This document shows, one piece after another, positions 39,387 to 50,700 of a stretch of 64,000 nt of DNA (position 1 is its first letter; every line of letters starts with the position of its first letter). The notes beneath the pieces are model-generated. The model did no database searches. It was not told the DNA's origin and worked only from the letters and a program-made list of their open reading frames with translations. The DNA comes from Azolla caroliniana (Eukaryota > Plantae > Polypodiophyta): NCBI GenBank assembly GCA_043228905.1, contig JBHGNT010000157.1, positions 282-64,281 of the forward strand, written 5' to 3'. Made by a program: the position numbers and the translations under genes.

Positions 39387-40156
39387 CAAGCATAGATAAA
39401 AGATAGAGACAATGTATGATTCAAGAAAGAAGATCGAGACAAAGTATGATTCTAGAAAGAAGATTGAGACAAAGTATGATTCAAGGAACAAGAGTATATG
39501 ATATAAACATGATGTATATTAAAAATATGATATTTTACCAACTTTACAATCCTTGACCGCAAGATGAATCTTTTCAATATCGACCCTTGATTTGAACCCA
39601 CGACTTCCACTTTGAAACGCAAGGCTCTTCACCGAATAAGATATCTTCAATACTTGCTTAAATTCTTTTCTCCCACTTTCTCTTTTTGATTCATCCCCTT
39701 TTGTTTTCCTTTCCCCTCTTTTTATAAGTATTTCCATGCATATGGTAATGTCATGCATGTAATGCATGAGTTACATCTGATGCATGATCGCCATTTGGCG
39801 CACATGCATTACATGTGATGCATGATAGCCATCATGCTCATTTGAGCTCCCATGTATTGCGATAAGTATAATGATGGATATAACCCTAAAACAAATACCC
39901 TAGCTTAGTGGTGTATGGTTTGTGCTTGATATACAAGGTTGAGGGTTCAAGTCCCTCAATTTTACTTAATACAATATTTAAGTTTATTCTTATATAGTGA
40001 AGCACATTCTTGACAATATTTCTAAAAACAAATAGCCTACCCTAGTGGTATATACATTATGCTTGGTTTATAAGGTTGTGGGTTCAAGTATTTGAAATAT
40101 TACTGAATTCAATATTTAAATTTATTTTTATATCGTGAAGCAAATCCTTCACGACA
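37647..40156 (-). mobile_element. Element F: 2.5-kb PBS-less deletion derivative of the gypsy D family, inserted in the pol of E; LTRs 39219-40156 and 37647-38534
   Basis: 4-bp TSD GCGT; removing F restores the E frame (PSRA|SCSQPQ). Internal 38535-39218 holds the integrase tail, nearly identical to 47285-47723 + 53070-53222. Confidence 0.92.
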
Positions 40157-40728
40157 GCGTCGTGTTCACAGCCGCAACCACCAGGTACGGACTATCGGCA
40201 ATTCAAATACCATGATGGATTACTCTTCTTTAAAGAACTTTTGTATGTTCCTAATGGTTCTTCCCGCCTTCAAGTTGTACAAAACTGTCATGACACATAT
40301 ACAACTGGGCATTTTGGTAGTACTAAAACATTAGATTTAGTACAACGTTCATTCTGGTGGCCCCGTATGCGACAATTTGTTGAAGATTTTGTTCGGACTT
40401 GTGACATATGCTGCAGAGCGAAAATGCCAAGGCATCATCCATATGGTTTATTAGAACCATTACTAATTCCAAGCAAGCCGTGGCAATCCATTGCTCTAGA
40501 CTTCATCACAGATCTTCCAGTCTCCAAGGGGTTCAATGCGATTCTAACAGTGGTAGATCGATATACGAAGATGGCTCATTTTTTGCCATGTACTAAGGAA
40601 ATCTCCAGTGAAGACACCGCCGAAATTGTCATGCGTGAAGTATGTCGGCATCATGGACTTCCCGATAGTATCGTCAGCGACCGTGGACCCCAGTTCGTGT
40701 CAAAATTCTGGAAGCACCTTTTTAAAAT

Positions 40729-42170
40729 GCTCAAGGTCACTAGTAACCTCTCCTCCGGCTACCACCCACAAACCGACGGCCAAGCCGAACGAACAAATCA
40801 AACGCTGGAGCAGTACCTGCGGTGCTTTCTCAGCTATCATCAGGATGACTGGGCAGATATTCTCCACTTCGCCGAATTTGCCTATAATAACTCTATCCAC
40901 GCATCGACTAAAGTTACGCCATTTTATGCTTATAGCTCAAGCTCACTAGTAACCTCTCCTCCGGCTACCACCCACAAACCGACGGCCAAGCCGAACGAAC
41001 AAATCAAACGCTGGAGCAGTACCTGCGGTGCTTTCTCAGCTATCATCAGGATGACTGGGCAGATATTCTCCACTTCGCCGAATTTGCCTATAATAACTCT
41101 ATCCACGCATCGACTAAAGTTACGCCATTTTATGCTTATAGCTCAAGGTCACTAGTAACCTCTCCTCCGGCTACCACCCACAAACCGACGGCCAAGCCGA
41201 ACGAACAAATCAAACGCTGGAGCAGTACCTGCGGTGCTTTCTCAGCTATCATCAGGATGACTGGGCAGATATTCTCCACTTCGCCGAATTTGCCTATAAT
41301 AACTCTATCCACGCATCGACTAAAGTTACACCATTTTATGCTTATAGCTCAAGGTCACTAGTAACCTCTCCTCCGGCTACCACCCACAAACCGACGGCCA
41401 AGCCGAACGAACAAATCAAACGCTGGAGCAGTACCTGCGGTGCTTTCTCAGCTATCATCAAGATGACTGGGCAGATATTCTCCACTTCGCCGAATTTGCC
41501 TATAATAACTCTATCCACGCATCGACTAAAGTTACGCCATTTTATGCTTATAGCTCAAGGTCACTAGTAACCTCTCCTCCGGCTACCACCCACAAACCGA
41601 CGGCCAAGCCGAACGAACAAATCAAACGCTGGAGCAGTACCTGCGGTGCTTTCTCAGCTATCATCAAGATGACTGGGCAGATATTCTCCACTTCGCCGAA
41701 TTTGCCTATAATAACTCTATCCACGCATCGACTAAAGTTACGCCATTTTATGCTTATAGCTCAAGGTCACTAGTAACCTCTCCTCCGGCTACCACCCACA
41801 AACCGACGGCCAAGCCGAACGAACAAATCAAACGCTGGAGCAGTACCTGCGGTGCTTTCTCAGCTATCATCAGGATGACTGGGCAGATATTCTCCACTTC
41901 GCCGAATTTGCCTATAATAACTCTATCCACGCATCGACTAAAGTTACACCATTTTATGCTTATAGCTCAAGGTCACTAGTAACCTCTCCTCCGGCTACCA
42001 CCCACAAACCGACGGCCAAGCCGAACGAACAAATCAAACGCTGGAGCAGTACCTGCAGTGCTTTCTCAGCTATCATCAGGATGACTGGGCAGATATTCTC
42101 CACTTCGCCGAATTTGCCTATAATAACTCTATCCACGCATCGACTAAAGTTACGCCATTTTATGCTTATA
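40729..42170 (+). repeat. Head-to-tail array of seven 206-bp units derived from the E integrase core
   Basis: Unit starts at 40729, 40935, 41141, 41347, 41553, 41759 and 41965; normal integrase sequence resumes at 42171. Confidence 0.98.
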
Positions 42171-42834
42171 CGGGATGTCACCCCCGGTGGTGTGTACTTG
42201 AAACCCCAGAGGTGTCCACAAATCCTTGCGTGGAGGATCGTTTGGAGTGGTTACGCAAGATACAAGCGGATTTATCTACTCATCTCCAACAAGCTCAGCA
42301 AACACACAAGGTTTATGCGGATCGTCATCGACTCCCATCCAGTTTTAACATTGGAGATCGGGTATGGCTACTCCGACGACACATCAAGACTACTCGCCAA
42401 TGGGAGAAGTTGGATTATCGGCGATTAGGTCCTTTCCGTATCATAGGAAAGATTAATGATGTCGCTTTTCGTCTTGATCTACCTCCACAACTTCGGATAC
42501 ATCCAGTGTTTCATAGTTCTCTCCTTGAACCCTATCAAGAGAGCACCATCCTAGGACGTATTACACAGCCTCCACCCCTGATCGAGCTTGAAGATGGACC
42601 TGAGTACGAGGTTGCCGCCATCCTTGATTCCAAGATTGTTCGCAACAAGCTCTACTATCTAGTCGATTGGCTAGGATATAGTCCTAGTGAGCGTACTTGG
42701 GAACCGATAGAGAATGTCACCAATGCTCATGCACTTCTTGAAGACTTCCATCATCAATATCTAGACAAACCGGGTCCTTAATCCAAAACGACTCGTTAAA
42801 CTCGTCGTTTCAAAGGGGGGATAGTGTCATGATA

Positions 42835-42894
42835 TGGCAAGACTCGAACCCATGACCTTGGGCTACATGGGTCGAGCTCTTGACCATTAGACTA
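42835..42894 (-). promoter_or_regulatory. tRNA-like A box/B box module at the U3 edge of the Tcn1-type LTR
   Basis: Minus strand reads TAGTCTAATGG-TCAAGAGCTCGACCCATGTAGCCCAAGGTCATG-GGTTCGAGTC-TTGCCA. The B box is missing in the 5' LTR (~33865); a decayed homologue lies at ~27575-27635. Confidence 0.65.
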
Positions 42895-45800
42895 TACATT
42901 GTAATGCGTAGAATATTATTTTCATTTATGTTTTATTATAGAAAATTGATGTATATTCCAGATTTCTCTGGAACATTCTAGAAACTTCAGGAGTATTCCT
43001 TAGAACACTATAAAAGGAGGCACGAGGCATTATTTCGAACCAAATCGGTTCAACGCCAGTCTTAAGCCTCCTAGCTACTACTGTACATTCTCTTCACATA
43101 ATATATATCTTTTCTTATCATCTCTCTCTCTCTCTCTCTCTCTCGATCTCTCTCCCCCTCCCTCTCACTCACTCTTTCCTTCTCTCGAGAGTTCTTCACC
43201 TCTCTTAGTACTAATACTTCTTTTAGTACTAATTCCTTCTCTGTCTTAGTACTGTTCCTGACAATAGTGCCAGATAAAGTCATATTGTTTCTATAAGCTA
43301 CTAATATTAAAGACAGGAAGGACTTGGGAATGCTTTTAGAAGATCAGAATAGTCCAAGTGGACTTACCGAAGACTAGGAGGAGGTGAAAAGGGTGTGCGC
43401 CCATTTCTGCAAAAGAAAGTTATGGTTTATGGAGTTGCCCGACAAAAATGATGAAGAAATAGGGAACGAGCCGGGAGAAAAGAAAGTAGAAGAATCACTC
43501 TTACACGAATTGGTGAAAGGCATGAAAGACTTCTTGATCAAAGTGACGAAGCCAGAATCGGGACAAAGCTCGACTTCATCAAGGCAGGGAGGTGGAATGG
43601 TCCGAAGGTGTATGTGGTGTGATAGTATCGACCACCAGAAGAAAGATTGTCAAGAGCATAGGGATGCGCTTAATCATAATAAAATCTACTATCAAGAGGG
43701 CAAGATTCACTCGACCGAGACTCGACAACCACTTCAACTCAACTTCGGGCGAGGAGGAATGGAAAAGCTAATGGAATATGCCGAGAGAGAAACGACTCAA
43801 GCGATACAATCCGTGGCAACCTTAGGGTTGCGCGTAGAAGACTCATATAGTGGATCTGGCTTTTGGCAAGATGTGATGGATTATGCAAGAAAAGGGAAGG
43901 TTCGAGTGGATGAATTAAAAAGAGCGGGAGATGAAATACGCAACTTCACTGGATGGAATGATCCAGTAGACGCGCTATCAGCATTCACCCAAGTGAATGC
44001 ACAAGATGTGCTAGTGGAAGAGAAGAGGAAGAGAGATGAGGAAGCTGATCCGACAAAGATGCATGAGACACGAGAACAGAAGAGAAGGGAGATGGAAAAG
44101 GGTGCTACTGAGCCGAAGGAAGCTGATAAAGTAAAAGGAAAGACACGCCCATCTTTCAAGCTTGCCTCAGACATAGAAACAATGACGGATATAGAAAAGG
44201 ATCGATCAACCTACCCCATCATCCTTGGTCAGCCCTACATCACCGCAGTGAGGATGGAAACAAAGTTTATTGATGATGGTTCGGCTTTCGCGAGAATCAA
44301 GAGTCAAGATGGAAGAAAGACTTTCCAATTCTTAACTGTGAGGCCCAACCATGAAAGAAACAAAGAATGCTTGAGGGAACATCCAATTCAAGAGATGGAT
44401 GAAGAGTTTTCCCAGGATTTTTAGATAGGGCTTTTACAGGTAGGGGTTGTGATAGCCCGAACATAAAAGAAAACCTCATGAATAATAATGTAAATAAAGA
44501 TATTCCTTGTACAATCTCATCTAATGGTGCTACTTTTATACTAAAAGTTAATAATAATAAAATACAAAATGCTTTTGAGTACTTTAAGTGTTCTGGATTA
44601 ATAGATGATGATGAAGAAATTCAAGATATGTTTCAAGAATTAAGGTTTGAAGATACAATAACTCATTTGGAAGCAATGGAAGAAGACAACGAAATCCAAG
44701 TTCCTGTCCATTCAATCAAGATGTACGAGGTCATCGAAGAAGTTGCTCGAAAGGATCATGAAGCACATGTACTAACAAAGTACAAGACAATGGAGAAGAA
44801 GGTCTGTCCTATTGCTGCTCCACTTCCAGGGGATAGTGAAAAAGCAATCAAAGAAGCAGCCATAGATAGAGACAATGATTAGAGACCCACGAAAGGTGGG
44901 ACATGTGTTTACTCCGGAAACAATACAAGGGATGAAAATAGGAGGGGGTGACTTCCTATTACCTTCTGAAGAAAAGAAATTCAGGGAGATGTTAAAAAGG
45001 CATGGAAAGGCGTTCACATTCCAACCTGAGGAAATAGGGTGTGTGGATCCAGAAATTGTAGAGCCCATGGTTATATTCACTATTCCTCATATTCCATGGA
45101 ACTTTAAGCCAATACCCATGCCTAGGGCTAGAATCCCTCAACTATTCGAACTTTTGAAAGAAAAGATAAGGATGGGTATCTTGGAACCATCGAACGCTCC
45201 TTACTCGAGTCGATGGTTCACTGTGTTAAAGAAAGATGGGCGACTCCGATTTATCCAAGATATGCAACCCGTGAATAAGGTAACAATCCGAAACTCGGGA
45301 GTAGGGCCAATTGTGGATGAGTTTGCTGAGATGTTTGTAGGAAGAGCTATATATTCAATGGGAGACCTTTATTCTGGATATGATCAATTTCAACTTGCTC
45401 TCAAAAGTCGAGATATAACTTCTATCAAGACACCTATAGGGTTAGTACGGATGTGCACCTTGCCGCAAGGAGCGACCAACTCAGTGGCACATATGATGAA
45501 TGGAATGAACAAGGTACTTCGTGATTTTATTGCTCATATTACAATGCCTTTTCTAGATGATGTTCCAATTAAGGGATGCAAGGAGGAAGAGAAGAACGAG
45601 GAATTGGATGAAAGTGGTTGCCATCAATTTGTTGCTGATGATATCAAGGATTGTGAGAAGGTGCTATCAAGGATGGAAGAAGTGCATTTGACCTTATCAG
45701 GAGTGAAGTCAATATTTGGGGCAAAAGCGATATTAATAGTTGGTCATATGTGTGGCCCATATGGGAGAAAGCCATCCCCAACCAAGGTCAATGCAATTCA

Positions 45801-47723
45801 AAATATGCAAGAGGAATGTACATCCGTCTCAGAAGTACGAAGGTTTCTGGGGGTATGTGTTTTTTTACTGTAAATGGATTCCGCATTATGCCCATTTATC
45901 TAAACCTTTATATAGACTCCTAAGAAAAGGAGAGATATTTGAATGGAGTGAAGAGCATTCAGAGGCAATGAAGAAATTGAAGTACTACTTAGCACAAGCT
46001 CCACCATTAAAGCAACCTGACTACACCCGACCCATATATCTCACAGTAGACTCTAGTCCCATTGGAATTGGATGGGTGATAAGCCAACAAGATGGGGAAG
46101 AAAGGTATCCAGTCCGATTCGGAGCAAAGGTTCTTAGTGGTCGACAAAGAAAATATGCACAGGTGAAAAGAGAGCTATGGGGGATAATAACAGCAGTAAG
46201 GACAGACAAAGATTACTTAATTGGTGCTGAAGTAATAATAGAAACAGATTGTTTGCCTATTCTTGGTATCATAGCTAATTGTGATATTCCAGATCAAGCC
46301 ATGTTAAGATGATGTATCTATATTAGATCAGCCAACCCTGAAGTTCGAAATATCTCTGGGAATAGAAATGCAGTAGCAAATATGTTATCAAGATGAAGGT
46401 ATGAGGAAGAGGAGATTCTAGACTCGGACGATGAGGACAAAGAACAAACAGTCCTTACCACAAGCATTACCCGAGAAGGAGGAATGCAGTTTCTAGAAGA
46501 GGAGTATGAAGAAGAATTCAAGGAAATAGGGAAATACCTACAAACCCCTGACAAGTACAAAGGTCGATCTGGAAAAGAGTTCACACAGTTTCGCAAGAAA
46601 GCCCATAAGTTCTTCCTGCATGAAGGATATCTATGGCGAAATCCGAAAACCAAGACTGGAAACCCGCAAAGAGTAATAGGTTCTGAAGGGCAAAGAAAGG
46701 AGATAATCAGAGAGCTGCATGACAAAGAATGGGCTGGTCATCGAGGAGTGTGGGCCACTTTCAGTAAGATTAAAGAACGATTTTGGTGGCCTCGATACTA
46801 TGAGAAAATAAAAAAGTATGTGGAAACTTGTCCCACTTGTCAATATTATTCAAACGTAAAATTTTGTGATGAATTACACCCAACATACTCACCGGGGGTG
46901 CATTACAAGTGGATGATAGATTTGGTAACAATGCCACTTGGAGTAGGACAAAAGAGATACTTGGTTCTTGCTAGAGAAGATCTAACAAATCAAGTGGAAG
47001 GCCATTCATTGCGAACAAAAGGGACATTAGGAGTATGTCAATTCATCTTGGAGGACATTGTTTGTAGATATGGATGTATCGGGAAGATAGTGGCAGATAG
47101 GGGAGAACTCAATTCTGCGGAAGCTCAAGATTTTTTCGACAAAATAGGAATTTGGCTTTCTTTGACAACGGCGTACAATCCAGAAGCTAATGGAAAGGTA
47201 GAAAGGGGACATGGGCCAATAGTCAAAGCTTTGGCAAAGGCATGTAGAGGACGGGTCAGTGATTGGCCAAAAACCTTACCCTATGCACTATGGGCTGATA
47301 GGACAACTCACAACACTGTTACTGGATATATGCCTGCAGAATTAATCACAGGACAGAAGCCAATAATGCCAATTGAAGAAAAGATAACTACATGGGCTGT
47401 GTTGCCTTGGGAATCGGAAATGAGTAGGGAAGATTTACTTGCGGTTCGAATACGACAACTTCAATCAAGGATAGAAGACATAGAAAAAGCAGCTACTAGA
47501 TTGAAAGAGGCAAGAATCAAGAATAAGGACAAATTTGACAAGATGAAAAGAATACGACCAAGAAAGGTGCAAGAGGGAGATTGGGTATTAGTATATGATA
47601 ATAGCCTAGATAATCAATACAGTACTATTCGGAAGTTTGCAAAAAGATGGTTTGGACCTTATGAAGTTAGGAAAATAACAGATAAAGCCACATATTTCTT
47701 CAATGAATTAGATGGGACAGAAA

Positions 47724-50700
47724 TGTTGGGATTACGGTCCCTTCGGATGGGATGGTCGGATATCGGAGATGAATGCCGACCAGCCCGGTTTCGGTTTCGG
47801 AACCGGATGATGAAGACCCCGACATCGGAGTCGGATGACGAATGTACCCGAAGAAGAGATCCGGATGCAGGGACATATCCATGAATATGTCAGCTAAGGG
47901 CCCCCTGAGGCTATAGTTGTAAATAGCCCCAAAGTCATATATATGTATAAATATGACTTAGGGCAAACTGTTTTAGTGTTGCTATTCATTTTTCTGTTTT
48001 TCCACTCTAGAAGAGTGAAGAGAGAGCAGCCGTGAGAGAGAGAGAGAGAGATAGAGCGCGAGAGAGGAAGAGGACGACGCCTCTGTGTATTTCCGCCGCC
48101 TGTGGCGAGGACAGCGAGCTCAAGGTCGTCGCCTTGCAGCTCGCCATTGTATACCTTTCTGTACATAGTGTTGGTTTGGAGTCTTGTACTCCCGTGGTTT
48201 TTCCCGTACAGGGTTTTCCACGATAAATCGTGTGTCCTCTCTAATCTTTGTATTTCCCATTTTCTGCTCCATTGATTCGCGATTACTCGGTTGTGGCCGA
48301 GTGGTGAAGGTTAATAGAAGGGTCGTTTCCCAACAATCTGGTATCAGAGCGAACTGCTGCAGAAAATGGAAGGCGGCGGCAGCGGGCAGCCGGGGATGAT
48401 GGTGCTGAATGCACAGAATTACGCCGACTGGAAGATCAAGATGGAGGATCTTCTGATTGTTCGGGACCTGTACGAACCGATTGACAGGTCGGAAATACCG
48501 AAGGGGGTACTTGAGTCGGAGTGGAAGCTCCTGAACCGGAAAGCCGTAGCGACGATCCGACAATATGTCGATGTAAGCGTCCTACAACACGTGGCGAACG
48601 ACACCAACGCATATGAGATGTGGAAGAAGCTGTCGGGCCTCTACGAGAGGAAGAATGCGTTGAACCGGACCTCCCTGATGAGGAAGATAGTGAACCTCAA
48701 GTACCGGGACGGCGAGAGTATGGTCGAACACGTAAGCACGTTCATGGGATTCGTGAATCAGCTTGCGGCGATCAAGTTCCCGTTGGAGGATGCAATGCAA
48801 GCCATCATCCTGATGTGTACATTGCCGGAAAGCTGGGAGAACTTGGTGGTGACTCTCAGCACCTCCTGCACAGAAGATAACTTGTCCTTGCAAACGGTAA
48901 AGACAAGTATTTTGAACGAAGAAGCGCGTCGGAGAGATAAAGAACCGGCCTCCGACCCGAAGGCGCTGCTTACCGAATCGGATCGGGGAAGACAATGGAA
49001 CCGGAGTCCGCAAAGACGGGAGAAGTCGGGGACCCGGTCGCAGTCAAGAGGAAGACCCACATGCTTCCACTGTGGGAAGCCGGGGCACTTCCGAAAGAAT
49101 TGTCGGCATTACCGAAAAGACAACGGAGCCGACGACACCGATTCGAAGAAGTCACCGGAGAGAAACGGTGCATACCGGGGAGCCACGGACCGGAGAGGTT
49201 CGGATCGGCGAGGGCAGGACCGGAAAGGAACAACGGCACTCGCGGCAAGTGAGGAAGAAATCATGCTCATCACCGAAGAAGGTGAACTAAACATTGCCGG
49301 CGATGAGACGACCTGGGTGGTCGATTCGGGAGCATCGTTCCACCTGACCCCGGAGAGAAGATACTTCTCATCCTACACAGCCGGTGAGCATGGCTGTGTT
49401 CGGATGGGGAATGAAGGTACGTGCCGGATTGCCGGCATAGGAGACGTGTGGTTGACAACCCCGACCGGATGCAAAATGCTGCTGAAGGATGTCCGACACG
49501 TTCCGGAGGTTCGATTGAACCTGATTTCGGCCGGGAGGCTAGATGATGAAGGCTACACAGGTAGCATCCGGAACGGCGTAATGAAGTTCAGCAAGGGGAG
49601 CTTGATAGTGGCTCGGGCTCGGAAAGTCAACACACTGTACCTGATGAATGCCCGGTTATGTCCGGAAGAGCTGAACGTAGCAGCCGACACTGCCGGTGAG
49701 CTGTGGCACAAGAGACTGTGCCACATGAGTGAGAAGGGGATGAAGAGGCTTGCAGAAGACAACCTCATTCCAGTGAAGCATGTGCACCTGGAGAAGTGCA
49801 CCGATTGCCTGGCCGGTAAGCAGAACCGAGCCTCTTTCCACTCAAGGCCACCGACGAGACGTAGCGCACCATTGGAGTTGGTGCACACTGATGTGTGTCA
49901 GGTAGAAACGAAGTCACATGGCGGAGCCCAGTACTTCGTAACATTCATTGATGATTACAGTCGGAAGCTGTGGACGGCACCGTTGAAGACAAAGGACCAA
50001 GTGTTGTGCGTCTTCAAAGAACTTCACGCGAGAGTGGAAAGGGAATCCGGCAAGAAGCTGAAGGCGATACGAGCGGATAACGGAGGGGAATACCGGGGGC
50101 AGTTCCAGGAGTACTGTCGCTCGAAGGGAATCCGGCTCGAGTTTACTGTGCCGAAGACGCCGGAACTGAACGGGCTGGCCGAGAGGATGAACCGGACCAT
50201 AATGGAGAGGGTCCGGAGTATGCTGGCGCATGCGAAATTACCCAAGGGATTTTGGGCTGAGGCAATGTCGACGGCGACATATGTGATAAACAGATCACCC
50301 TCAGTACCTTTGGACGGAGACACGCCGCAGAAAGTGTGGACCAGTAAGGAAGTGTCCTACCGGCATCTGAAGGTGTTCGGGTGTCTCGCATACGTGCATG
50401 TGGCAAAGGACCGGAGAGGAAAGCTAGATCCGAAGACCCGGCCATGCATATTCCTCGGTTACGGCGATGACGAGTTCGGCTACCGAGTATGGGACCCGGT
50501 CGACAAGAAGATATTCCGGAGTCGTGATATCATCTTCATGGAGAACAAGACACTCGCCGACTGGGAGTCGGAGAAGAAGATGAAGAGCTCCAAGTCGACC
50601 GGTGAGGATCAACTCTACGAGGAGCAGTCCCGACCGGCAAGGGACCGGTTAGCACTCGAGGATCCGGCCGAAGACGGTGAAGAAACAGAACCGGCCGAAG

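Larger units (their letters stand above)
33850..43263 (+). mobile_element. Gypsy E, Tcn1-like chromovirus: LTRs 33850-34275 and 42825-43263; gag ~34355-35498; PR-RT-RH 35525-37646; integrase 40161-42781 with C-terminal chromodomain; disrupted
   Basis: TSD ATAGT (33845-33849, 43264-43268); PPT AAAGGGGGG at 42812; ALLDSGA protease, YLDD RT, EADASDFALG RNase H, HPQTDGQAERTNQ integrase and EYEVAAILDSK...YLVDWLGY...TWEP chromodomain; several in-frame stops. Confidence 0.95.

Noticed and set aside
40729-42170. CRISPR-like array
   Set aside because: Units are contiguous 206-bp integrase copies with no unique spacers, and the context is eukaryotic.
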